A stretch of DNA of 20,000 bases, taken from Welwitschia mirabilis. Lineage: Eukaryota. Location of the stretch: positions 47,794,643 to 47,814,642 of the forward strand of contig JBOZIK010000001.1 of NCBI GenBank assembly GCA_051453625.1. The letters are read 5' to 3'. Position numbers and translations under genes: made by a program. The notes under the pieces were generated by a model. The model did no database searches, was not told the DNA's origin, and saw nothing but the letters and a program-made list of their open reading frames with translations. Positions 9,106 through 19,920 of the stretch are shown here, piece by piece; the stretch's first letter is position 1; every line of letters starts with the position of its first letter.

Positions 9106-12100
9106 GCAAACTGATGACTGACAACTCCAAGAGCATCTCTGTAAGATTCAAACTTAGGCCTTCCCAAAGCTTTTGTGAAGATATCTGCAACTTGCTCATT
9201 TGTAGCTATGCTCTGTAGCTTAATTTCTTGATCCAACACCTTTTCTCGAATGTAATGATGACGAACCTCGATATGCTTCGTCCTCCCGTGGAAAACTGGA
9301 TTTGATGCAAGTTTATGGCACTTTCATTATTGCACTTAATCTGCACAGGAGAATCCATCTTGCACAACATATCTCCCATCAATCTCTTTAACCAAACACA
9401 TTCTTGTGTACCCATGGTTGCTGCAACGTACTCAGCTTCTGTGCTAGATAAAGCAACTACAGATTGCTTCTTACTGCACCAAGATATAACTGCTGAACCA
9501 GTATTGAAACAATAACCTGTTGTTGAATGCCTGTCATTTGCATCTCCTCCCCAATCTGCATCAGTAAAATCATTTAACAAGAAACTTTTACTCCTGTTGT
9601 ACAAAAGACCATGATCTACAGAGCCTTTAATATAACGTAGTATTCTTCTTGCTGCATCTAAGTGAGAAGTTCTTGGACACTGCATAAATTGAGAGATTAC
9701 ACCAACAGAATAAGCAATCTCAGGCCTTGTGATAATTAAATAAATTAAACTACCAACAAGCTGTTGAAACTTCCTAGCATCCTTCAACAACTTTCCTTCA
9801 TCTTTCATCAACTTTACATGTTGCTCCATTGGAGTTGCTTTTTCCTTTGACTCCCCCATGCCAAAGCACTGCAACAATCCATTTGCGTATCGTTTTTGAG
9901 AGACAAAATATCCCTGTCTGCTTTTTCCACTTCTAGACCAAAAAAGCAATGAACTTCTTCCAAATTCTTCATCTCAAAACGAAGAGACAAATCATGTTTT
10001 AACATAGAAATTGTAGCTTCATTATTTCCAGTTATTATCATGTCATCCATATATAATAAGACCAGCAAATGCGTATTGGATTCTAATTTAACGAATAAAC
10101 TAGAATCTGCATCAGAAACCTTAAATCCACAAAAGATAAAGTATTGAGCAACTTTATCATACCAAGCACATGATGCTTTTTTAAGGCCATATAATGCTTT
10201 CTTCAGTCGACAAACATGGTGAGGATACTCTATAGAAACAAGACCTTTAGGCTGCTCCATAAACACATCATGATCCAACTCTCCATAAAGAAAAGCGTTC
10301 TTTACATCGAGCTGACACAATTTCCAATTACTGAAGGTTGCAAGAGATAAAAGAGCTCTTAATGTTACCATTTTTGCTACTAGACTGAATGTCTCTTTAT
10401 AAGCTAGTCCATAGCTTTGAGAGAAATCATGTGTAACAAGTTGTGCTTTGCACCTATCAAAAGTTCCATCTAAGTTCTTTTTTAGCCGATAAATCCATTT
10501 GCAAGTACTTGGCTCACACTTTTCTAGTTTTTGCACTAACTCCCATGTTTGATTTTTGTTCAAGGCCCTAATATCTTCTTTCATAGTTGCTTCCCATTCT
10601 AGTCGACCTTTGGCTTCCTCATAACTTGCTGGTTCTCCTTCGTCTACTACTCCTATGAAAAAACATGAGGTAATAGTATAATTATGTAGTTGTACCTCAT
10701 AGTCATCAAGATAAGTTGGTTGTTTACTTACTTTAGTAGACCTTNNNNNNNNNNNNNNNNNNNNNNNNNNNNNNNNNNNNNNNNNNNNNNNNNNNNNNNN
10801 NNNNNNNNNNNNNNNNNNNNNNNNNNNNNNNNNNNNNNNNNNNNCAAGAGAGAAAAGGGCTCTTAATGTTACCATTTTTGCTACTGGACTGAATGTCTCT
10901 TCATAATCTAGTCCATAGCTTTGAGAGAAACCATGTGCAACAAGTCGCGCTTTTCACCTATCAATAGTCCCATCTAACTTCTTTTTTAGCTGATAAACCC
11001 ATTTGCAAGTAATTGGCTCACACTTTTCTGGTTTTTGCACTAACTCCCATGTTTGATTTTTGTTCAAGACCCCAATCTCTTCTTTCATAGCTACTTCCCA
11101 TTCTAGTCGACCTTTGGCTTCCTCATAACTTGCTGGTTCTCCTTCATCTACTGCTCCTATGAAGAAACATGAGGTAATAGTACAATTATGCAGTTGTACC
11201 TCATAGTCATCAAGATAAGTTGGTTGTCTTCTCTCTCTAGTAGACCTTCTTACAACTTGTTCACTTCCATCTCGTTCTCGTTCATCTAAATGTGAGGTAT
11301 CCAAGGATTCACCATTTTCATCAAAGGCCTGATCATTGTTTTCAGGAAAGAATTGTAGAAAACTTTGATCTCTTTCAAGAGTGTTCTCATTAATATTTCC
11401 TTGAGAAGGACAATGAGATGATACTTCATCGAATACAACATCTCTTGAAGTAATAAACTTCTTTGTTACTGCGTCCATACACTTCCAACCTTTCCTACAA
11501 GGATCATAGCCTACAAAAATGCACTTCTTTGCTTTCGGATCAAGTTTAGTTCTGTTTGATTTTGGAATATGAACATAACAAATTAAACCAAACACCTGAA
11601 AGTAATTTACATTTGGTTTTACACCACATAGATACTCAAAAGGAGATTTTTCTGTACCTGGCCATGGAGGTATGCGATTTATTACATGGCACGCACATGT
11701 AATAGCTTTGGCCCAAAGCTCTCAAGGGAGATTCTTATCATGCAGCCACGAAAGACTCATAGAGGTGAGATTAGCCAATTTCCTTTTCGAGACACCATTC
11801 TACTGTGGGGTATTTGGACATGTCATTTGTCTTAGGATGCCATTATTATTGCAGAACTGAAAAAATTCATCTGACATGAATTTGCCACCATTGTCACTCT
11901 GCAATCATTTGATTTTCATCCCAAATTCATTCTCGGCAGAATTTTGGAACTCAACAAATCTAGAACAAGCTTCATTTTTTCCTTTCAAAAATTTCACCCA
12001 AGTGTATCTTGAAAAATCATCTACCAGCACCATGACATAGGGATATTCACTATAACTTGATGGTTTCATTGGCCCCATCAAATCTACATGAACTAGCTTG

Positions 12101-13650
12101 AACATGACAAATCTACGATTTGGTGATTTTTGAAAGGGAAGACAATACGATTTGCCAAATTGATAGCCTTGACAAATTACATCTTCGTGAATATTCTGCA
12201 AAACTGGTATGCCTTCCACTAATTTCCTCGATGAAATTTGCTAGAGCAATTGATAACCCAAATGACCCATTTGAGCATGCCAAATTGCTGCATTATCAAT
12301 TTAGCTCATCTTTTTCATGTATGCTTCTCCTGATGACATAACAAATAAGGAACCTTTCTTCTTACTAGTGAAAATAACATCAGTAGCTATATTCTTGACA
12401 TTATCAAGTATTTTAACATCATTCGGCCCAAACAAAACATATTTTCCAGAATTTGTAATTTGAGAGACAGAAACTAAATTTCTCTTTAAACCTGGAACAT
12501 GAAAAATATCATTCAACTTGACAATCCCTATATCACCAGCATAAATCTTCACATCTCCTTTTTTTGCTATGGGATAAGTTGAGCTATCAGCTATAACAAT
12601 GACTCGCTCTTCATTGTGTTGACGCAACTGTGGAGAAGTGAATCATTTCCAGTCACATGGTGAGAGCAATCTAAATCAATGATCCACTCTTTCTTGCATC
12701 TTTCTTGATTGAAAAGAGCTTCATTTGGTACTGATTCTATAGCAACATTTTTCCTTGCCTTAACTATTTCCATAGTGAAGCACTACTCCCATTTGAGTTG
12801 TTACTTTTCTCCATTTTCGCTTGCTCCATTGGCTTTAGACAACTTCACTCTACAATTTTTCTTGATATGTCCAGGTTTACAGCATCTATAGCACTTTATG
12901 GGTTTGTGATTTTGTGAGTTACCATTAACAGATCTTTTAGTGCTTGACCCTCCTTTAGTATTCATATTTCCTGATTATGCATTCTTCTTGTTATGCTTTC
13001 CTTTGGAGAATAAGACTGCATCTGAATCGAAATTCTTTGCCATCTGTTTTACCAAAGCCTTCTGGTTTGAAAGCAAACTTTCTAGTTCTTTAACAAATGG
13101 TTGATTCTACTAACCCTGAATGGAGGTAACAAAAGGAACATACTCCTTCTTTAATCCTCGTATGCGAAACCGTCTTAACTTTGCTTTGATAATCTTCTCA
13201 TCCGTATCTAGCTCTAAAATCTCAGTACAAATACTTTTAATCCGTAATAAATATTCAGAAATAGACATACCTCCTTGTGTAAGCATTGCTAGTTCATTCT
13301 CTAGCAATTGTAATCTTGCTATATTCTTTTTTAGAAAATAGCCTCTCAAGTCTCTCCCAGACTTCTTTTGAAGAAGTGACATCACAAACGTGGTCGATGA
13401 ACTCTTTACTAATTGAAGTCCTCAAGGCAAAAAGAGCCTTACCACACTTGATCTTCCGTTTCCTCCTTGCTTCAACATGCTCTGGAGTGTCTGCTGGAAT
13501 TTGATCATCAGTACCAACCACAAGTTCCCACAGGTCTTAGCTTTGAAGATAAGCCTCCATGCACATTCTCTAGTACTCGTAGTTTGTGCCTACAAGCTTT
13601 TCCACGCCATATTATGTGCTTGAACTGCTTCCACTGTTTGCTAACTCCAT
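9100..13650 (-). pseudogene. Copia gag-pol polyprotein, disrupted by many stops and frameshifts
   Basis: ATG at 13650. gag VEKLVGTNYEY*RMCMEAYLQS*DLWE; zinc knuckle CYRCCKPGHIKKNC (~12852-12893); protease WIIDLDCSHH; integrase HVDLMGP, VDDFSRYTWV, KLDPKAKKCIFVGY; RT QLDVKNAFLYGEL, LYMDDMIITG; RNase H FTDADWGGD, SSTEAEYVA, ADIFTKAL. Confidence 0.95.
10341..11248. repeat. 404-bp direct duplication of the INT-RT linker and RT N-terminus around a 100-N gap
   Basis: 10341-10744 versus 10845-11248: co-linear, no indels, about 32 substitutions (~92% identity, manual count). Confidence 0.92.
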
Positions 13651-13754
13651 TATGTATAACTGACTTTCTCTTCACACCTTACAATCTCCTCCAACAAGAT
13701 AAATAAGAACTTGATAGACAAGAAGATTTAAAAATCATGAAAGTGCCTCAACGA

Positions 13755-13767
13755 GGCTCTGATACCA
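13755..13767 (-). promoter_or_regulatory. Primer-binding site complementary to initiator tRNA-Met
   Basis: Minus strand TGGTATCAGAGCC directly after the CA end of the 5' LTR. Confidence 0.95.
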
Positions 13768-14068
13768 TGTAATAAAAAACAGAGAAATTAATATACTAGA
13801 GTGTATAGAAAGAAATAAGAAACTGGAGAATATGAAAAGTTTATTTCCCTTGAATAATTGAAACACTATGCTAAACATAGGTTAAATAGAGCTAGCTACT
13901 AACAGACTTATGAAAATACTCTGACCACTAACAAAGAAATCCTATCTTTTGGAAAACTGAACTAACAGAAATATCAAAACAGAAACATAAATTCAGGAAC
14001 TACAGTGGCAATAAAATAGGAACAGAATTAACAATAATGAGACTGGTAAATTACACTAATGTTTAACA
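13768..14068 (-). repeat. 5' LTR of the copia element
   Basis: TGTAATA...TTTAACA, adjacent to the PBS and flanked outside by the TSD copy GATAT. Confidence 0.97.
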
Positions 14069-14073
14069 GATAT

Positions 14074-14289
14074 GCAGTAGAAAAGGTTGTCAAGTTGGAA
14101 CCAAGTGATCATGGAACTTATGTGCTACTATGTCACATGTATTGTGATATGGGTAGATGGCATGATGCTGCAAAGCTTCAAAGATAGATGAAGAGTAGAA
14201 GCATTAAAAAGGAATCAGGCTATAGTTGGATGAAGGTAAATGACAAGTTGCATGTATTTATTTTAGGTTTAGCTAGCAGTGAAATTTAG
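14074..14289 (+). pseudogene. PLS-class PPR pseudogene, 3' segment (rest of E1, E2, PG-box region; no DYW domain seen)
   Basis: Continues in frame after removing the element and one TSD copy: AVEKVVKLEPSDHGTYVLLCHMYCDMGRWHDAAKLQR*MKSRSIKKESGYSWMKVNDKLHVFILGLASSEI*. Internal TAG at 14185. Confidence 0.93.
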
Positions 14290-14960
14290 TGAGTTCACAA
14301 GAATGTTTGCTTGATGATTATTTAGAACCATGGATTTAAGGGAACTTAAGCAATACTCACATCAAAGCAGTTTTCAGAACTGACATTTCTTATTGTGGGC
14401 AATCATAAAAGCATCCATATAGTGTCACTTGTTCCAAATAAATAGCTTCTAGAGTATTATATTAACCACTTAGGAATAAAGATCAAGGTTGAGTTCAAAT
14501 ATTACAAAAGCATTGTTACTGCCGACGTAGAGTATGATGGCTACTCGTTATTATGCATAAATATTGCATAGCCAGACTAGACTCCCTTACTATCATAAAA
14601 TTCATTTGGTTTAAGTGCTGCTCTTGTCAAATGTTTCAATTTATCAAGTTCCTTGAGACTACACAGCCCCCTCTTATGAGTCCTCAAAATGTGGGTGTGT
14701 TCTCTTGGTTAAAATGGTTGAAACCAAGATTGCAAGTGAGCAAAAAACCATAGCAGAGTCCTTATTAGTTCTTCTACTCTATGATTTCCAAAAAAAAAAA
14801 AAAAAGAAAAGAAAAAGATTATTCAAAAAGGAATTCAAGGGGAGATTTTCACACTTGTATTTCCCTTGTTAGAATTCCCTATGAAAATCATAGAAGAGAG
14901 GATGGTGATCAAATAATTAAGGCCTTTGAAAAAAGTTTATTGTTTAATGATGGAGATAAG

Positions 14961-15348
14961 TTATTTATTGATTCTTTATATGAGCAAAAGGCAGATTTTA
15001 TAACCATCTTACATAAAAGTATGAGTAGGTTGGGTGTAAAGCCTACTTTCTTTAAATTACAATCCGTCAGACACTTTTCAAAAAGAGCACTATGGATGAA
15101 GCATCAAATCTCTACTTTTGGATGTAGAAAATAAAATTTCATTAGATGTCTCTTGTTTAGCAATTCTTTTAGATGGTATTTTTGAGCTTGGTCATGTAAA
15201 AGAGGCAAATGATATTTTTGAAGGAGTTGTAAATGATGGCCTTCATGTGAGTCCCAAACTTTATGATAGAATGATAATTTTAAATTGTGACAGAAAAAGT
15301 GTTAATCATGCTGTAAGATTATTTCAGGAGGTGTTGATCAGAAGTTTT
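14961..15348 (+). pseudogene. P-class PPR gene fragment (about 3-4 degenerate motifs), frameshifted
   Basis: LFIDSLYEQ..LHKSMSRLGVKPTFF; TLFKKSTMDEASNLY; ISLDVSCLAILLDGIFELGHVKEANDIFEGVVNDGLHVSPKLYDRMIILNCDRKSVNHAVRLFQEVLIRSF shows the 35-aa PPR period. Confidence 0.7.
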
Positions 15349-15798
15349 GTTAGGTTATTTCAGAGGCATTTCATCCAAGTTTTATCCTTTAATCTTCTCA
15401 ACTGAAGATGATATTTCATCAAGTACTTCATTTCTACTTGGAGAAGATAACTTCGATAGAGAAATGTGAAATTGAGAAGCATTGGGTGAGCTAGTTTATC
15501 ATTATAGCCATGATTGCACATGTCTACATTGCTTTTCTTAGAAACTTTTGTTTATAGATATCATAAAATGATAGTATTTTTCTTTGATTGGGTTGTATTA
15601 ATCAATAGTAATTCTAAAGTTTATATTCTCATTTATAGGAAGCTTCTAATGTTTATCTTTAGGTGTCTTCTTGCAGATATGTGCATATCAATTTCTTAAT
15701 TATCATTGTTTAACAATAATCTCAAAGAAGTACTTCACTTCCTAATGGCAGAAAATGGAACGTTGATGGGTAAAAGTGGGAAGACATTCTATGCTATA

Positions 15799-15812
15799 GT
15801 TGCCCCCTTTTT
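15799..15812 (-). promoter_or_regulatory. Ogre/Tat-style polypurine tract
   Basis: Minus strand AAAAAGGGGGCAAC followed by TATAG (probable TG>TA decay of the LTR start). Overlaps the hairpin TTTTTGAC (15808-15815) / GTCAAAAA (15825-15832). Confidence 0.6.
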
Positions 15813-17236
15813 GACATGGGGCGAGTCAAAAAGCCTCATCTCAAAAATAAAAGATAACTAAATATGTGTCTTAACTAAAGTTTTCACACATGTAAGTCAT
15901 TTCACTATGATAGCAAAAATCAAAATGATGAAGGATGACTCAAGCAAATAATGAAAATGCAACTCGAAGGAAATTTGAACATATGCATTGAGCAAATGAT
16001 GAATGTATGATTGGACAGCAATGAAAGGTTATGAATGTAATAGCAAGAGGTAATGAAAAATGATAAAGAAGCATATGNNNNNNNNNNNNNNNNNNNNNNN
16101 NNNNNNNNNNNNNNNNNNNNNNNNNNNNNNNNNNNNNNNNNNNNNNNNNNNNNNNNNNNNNNNNNNNNNNNNNNNNNNNNNNNNNNNNNNNNNNNNNNNN
16201 NNNNNNNNNNNNNNNNNNNNNNNNNNNNNNNNNNNNNNNNNNNNNNNNNNNNNNNNNNNNNNNNNNNNNNNNNNNNNNNNNNNNNNNNNNNNNNNNNNNN
16301 NNNNNNNNNNNNNNNNNNNNNNNNNNNNNNNNNNNNNNNNNNNNNNNNNNNNNNNNNNNNNNNNNNNNNNNNNNNNNNNNNNNNNNNNNNNNNNNNNNNN
16401 NNNNNNNNNNNNNNNNNNNNNNNNNNNNNNNNNNNNNNNNNNNTGATTATATGAAAAATAGGAGGTAATGAAATGGAAGACAAAAGAAGCGAGAGTGACA
16501 ATCAAGGAAAATCATATGACAATAGAGGTTTGGGTACCAATAGGTGATGAATCAACTAAAGAGTGGAGATAGTCTTGAATTAATTTAAAGTGAATGTGAG
16601 AGATGACTTTGAGATAATCAATTTGCAAATACTAGGAAAAAACTAGGTGGAAATGGACAAACAGAGGCATGAAGAAGATTGATTATAATCTTTCTAAATG
16701 TCAACTTAGAAATGTCTATTGGTATGAATCATGAAATTATTCAATGTCCTTAATGACAGTTTAATGCTAGATAACACAGAGTATTATGTGATTAAAACAA
16801 TGATTATGATGATGTCTATAGTCATTCTATGAAGTATCAATATAATGTCAAGACTATAACTCAATTCAATCTTCGGCTATAATAGCAAGTGAGATCTTGA
16901 CAACGTACTCTTCAATAACCAATATATTCTGAACACTCAGGAAGTCATAGTTTCAGAGTCATGGAAAATCAAGTCAATGGAATTTTTAGAAAACACCATC
17001 TATCATGATGAGGAGAGTGCAACCACTGCCAAATGCATAAGGATTCGCAAGATGAAGTCAGATCATAATCAATTGATGCCCCAGTGAAGTTTTCATAGCT
17101 ACCATATCACACTGCCAAAGACCCCTCTCGGGAATATTTGCCCTGATGCGCTTATAGTAGGACATCATGATTTTATTCATTTTTTACTTTTTTTGCGGTG
17201 CATGATATTGATATTTTTCTAATTGACTTAGTTCCT

Positions 17237-17240
<4 letters not shown>

Positions 17241-17261
<21 letters not shown>
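17241..17261. repeat. (CTT)7 microsatellite followed by a T-rich tract
   Basis: Direct reading of the sequence. Confidence 0.9.
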
Positions 17262-17267
<6 letters not shown>

Positions 17268-18401
17268 CTTTTTTATCTTTGAACATTGATTGATCATTTA
17301 GATGGTAAATTGTAAGATTCACTACTGAAAATAAACATCAGATTTGATACAAATTGACACTAGGACAAAAGAATATGAGACATGGGATGTCATAGATGTA
17401 TGAATGTCTTAAGATTGGTTAAAATCCAATCTTGCCACTGTAAATGTCCCAAAGTAGAAAATCTACATTAATGAAAACTAAAATACTGTTTAACATAGGA
17501 CCAAACGAAATCAAAGATCAAACAAAGAAATGACTTTAACCAAGAAACCCTGCTAAGGAGTCATTTAGGTAAAAATGAAGGAAAGACTTAACTCCCAGTC
17601 AAGAGTGTCTTCCTACTCAATTACTTCTATCATGCTAAGAGTATTATGATAATCATTAATATAGTCTTGACTATCGTCCATTAATACTAAGTTATTTCTT
17701 AGCATAGGAATTAAGAACTTAACAAAGTCATTCAAAATGCATCACTTTGTAAAATAAGACTTTGATCACTTGACATTTAACTTGTTATAAAAATGTATCT
17801 AGACATAATGCAACAAAATGAGATGAATTAACTTAAGGAAAATATCATTGACAAGTTTAGGAGGAATTGAGTGCAAAGTGGAAATTAAGAACTACATGAC
17901 AAATTCTTGAAGGAAAGGGAATGAGTAAGTGAAACATGTTGTTATCAGAGGGAAGAATGAATGTTTCACATAAGAAGATAGCATAAAAAGANNNNNNNNN
18001 NNNNNNNNNNNNNNNNNNNNNNNNNNNNNNNNNNNNNNNNNNNNNNNNNNNNNNNNNNNNNNNNNNNNNNNNNNNNNNNNNNNNNNNNNNNNNNNNNNNN
18101 NNNNNNNNNNNNNNNNNNNNNNNNNNNNNNNNNNNNNNNNNNNNNNNNNNNNNNNNNNACAAGTGGTGTAGGATGATCACCAACATGTAATCGTGCCAGA
18201 AGTTAAAGTATATAATCGGTCATGATCTGTAAAACTCAAACAAATAAGAAAAACATGAAGCCTGCATAACATATAAGAAAACACTATCTAAAATAACTAA
18301 TAGTCACATGGATGTATCACATTTTATTATAAATGGAATGTTAATAATAAATACATGAAACAAGCAGTGAGAATGCAACAAAAGAATTTGAACTATGAAT
18401 T

Positions 18402-19920
18402 TTACTGATAGTATGATTGAAGATAGAATGAATTTATTAGTTCTTTATCTTCGATGTCATTCATATCTTTGAGTTTGTATGTTCATTTGTCAAATTTTTT
18501 ATGATATGATAAATGATCCTAACCAATTTGGCAAAAATTTTGAGGTTTTCTTGATTAAGTTTGCTTTTAAGACAAGTTCACCTATGTTGTAAGATCGTGG
18601 GTTGACATGTCTGTTGTATGGATCACTCACTTGTTTTTGGTAAAATTGCGTATGTTATAGCACTTTTATTCTTTATTTATCTAGAGTTTCTAACTCAGTA
18701 AGTTGTGTTTCTCTTTTAATGTCAGACAGTTCAAGATCTTTGACCAAAGTCCTCAGTATTGGAATTTAGATTTGGATTGGTAAAATTACATCAATACTGT
18801 AAACTAACTGAAATGTGGTTGTTCCTATTTCATTTTTTACTGAGGTGCAATAAGCCCACAGTGCGAGGGGTAACTTTCATGCCATAATTTGGGATTTTTT
18901 TGCAATAAATTCTTGAGGTAGTTTATGATTACTTTATTCGTGGCTTCAACTTAACCATTGGCTTGAGGATAATAGAGGGTGAAAAGGAAATCTTTTATTC
19001 CAAATTTTCTCAAGAAATTTTTCAACTCAATAGATTTAATTTGTGGACCGTTATCACTAATAATGATGTAAGGAGTACTGAGTCTAGCAATGATGTAATC
19101 CATGATGAATTTTTGGATTTGTTTTGTGGTCATTTTATGTAAAGGTATTGATTCTACCCATTTCAAAAAGTATTCAGTCGCAGTAAGAATGTAAGCATGT
19201 CATTCAGATGAAGTCGGTGTAATTGGAACAATTAGATCCATACCTCATTTTCTGAATACCCAAATAGGATCAAATGGGAAGAGTTTAGTAGGTGGCTAAT
19301 GTATCCTAGGTGAAAAGATTTGATAAGTGTGATAGGTTTTTACTATTCTAAAACAATCATGACTTATGATTTTCTAGAACTAACCAGATCTTAAAACATA
19401 GATCAATAAAGATTTTCCCCCTTAGGGGGGACCACAAAAACTAGCGTGTGTTTCTTTCAAAACATGGGATGCTTCGCCTGACTTCTGACATCTGAGTAAG
19501 ATGCCGTCATTTGATTTCTTATATAGTTGACTTTGGATCATGGTGAAGCATCTAGCTTATCATGAAAATTTCGTCTTTGTATAGCAATAAAATTTTTCGG
19601 TGGCTTTTGATCAGCGAGGTAATTTACCAGTGTATCATACCATTCATCAATCATTTTAAAGTCCTTTCTTAGTCAGTTTACCTCATCTTGTGGTAATTTC
19701 AGATAAGCTACCATTGGTTGTTCATCTAGAAAGTTTCGGTTTACATCTACACGTGACAAATTCCTTAAATGATAGATCTTTAAAACAGGTTTGAGAAAGT
19801 TAGTAAGATAATTGACAAATTAATTTTCATTTCTTGGAATGGCTAGAATCTCACAATGATCAAATGTAGAAAGCAACCTTTTTACCTTTCCAAAGTAAAG
19901 GCTTAAAGCTCTCGATCTGT
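18402..19920 (-). pseudogene. pol: Gypsy pol C-terminal part: archaeal-type RNase H end plus integrase, with many stops
   Basis: SLYFGKVKRLLSTFDHCEILAIPRNEN*FVNYLT (aRH); QLYKKSNDGILLRC..LKETHASFCG; GMDLIVPITPTSSE*HAYILTATEYFLKWVESIPL; ISDNGPQ; YYPQANG*VEATNK; KFLPNWLGSF; ends LQSYYQ* at 18402. Confidence 0.92.

Larger units (their letters stand above)
8797..14068 (-). mobile_element. Full-length decayed Ty1/copia LTR retrotransposon (Ale/Alesia-like by inference from size and gag motifs)
   Basis: Two 301-bp TG...CA LTRs, 5-bp TSD GATAT at 8792-8796 and 14069-14073, PBS, PPT, and copia domain order gag-PR-INT-RT-RH. Confidence 0.97.
15799..19920 (-). mobile_element. Tat/Ogre-type Ty3/gypsy retrotransposon 3' half (pol end, ~2.6-kb 3' region, PPT)
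   Basis: Second RNase H followed by integrase at 18402-19920, then a long non-coding tract ending in the PPT at 15799-15812. Continuity across two gaps is assumed. The 3' LTR presumably extends left of 15798 and its far end was not found. Confidence 0.7.

Noticed and set aside
9315..13706. Short plus-strand ORFs within the copia element
   Set aside because: Antisense shadows of gag-pol with no independent motifs.
14290..14780. Possible DYW deaminase domain downstream of the E domain
   Set aside because: No HSE, HxE..CxxC or terminal DYW motif seen. At most an eroded E+ stub is present, and ORF 14553-14753 is unrecognisable.
1126..18186. Long ORFs made of X (1126-1935, 1149-1919, 3512-4357, 6000-6551, 6037-6546, 15920-16505, 16053-16454, 17857-18186)
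   Set aside because: Artefacts of translating through N-gaps.
1911..19920. Left gag and right pol as halves of one gypsy element that captured the PPR genes
   Set aside because: On the minus strand pol comes before gag, the PPT and PBS place the PPR genes outside both internal regions, and the gag is Athila-like while the pol is Tat/Ogre-like.
1911..19920. All four LTR elements share the minus orientation
   Set aside because: Expected by chance 1 time in 8, so not informative.
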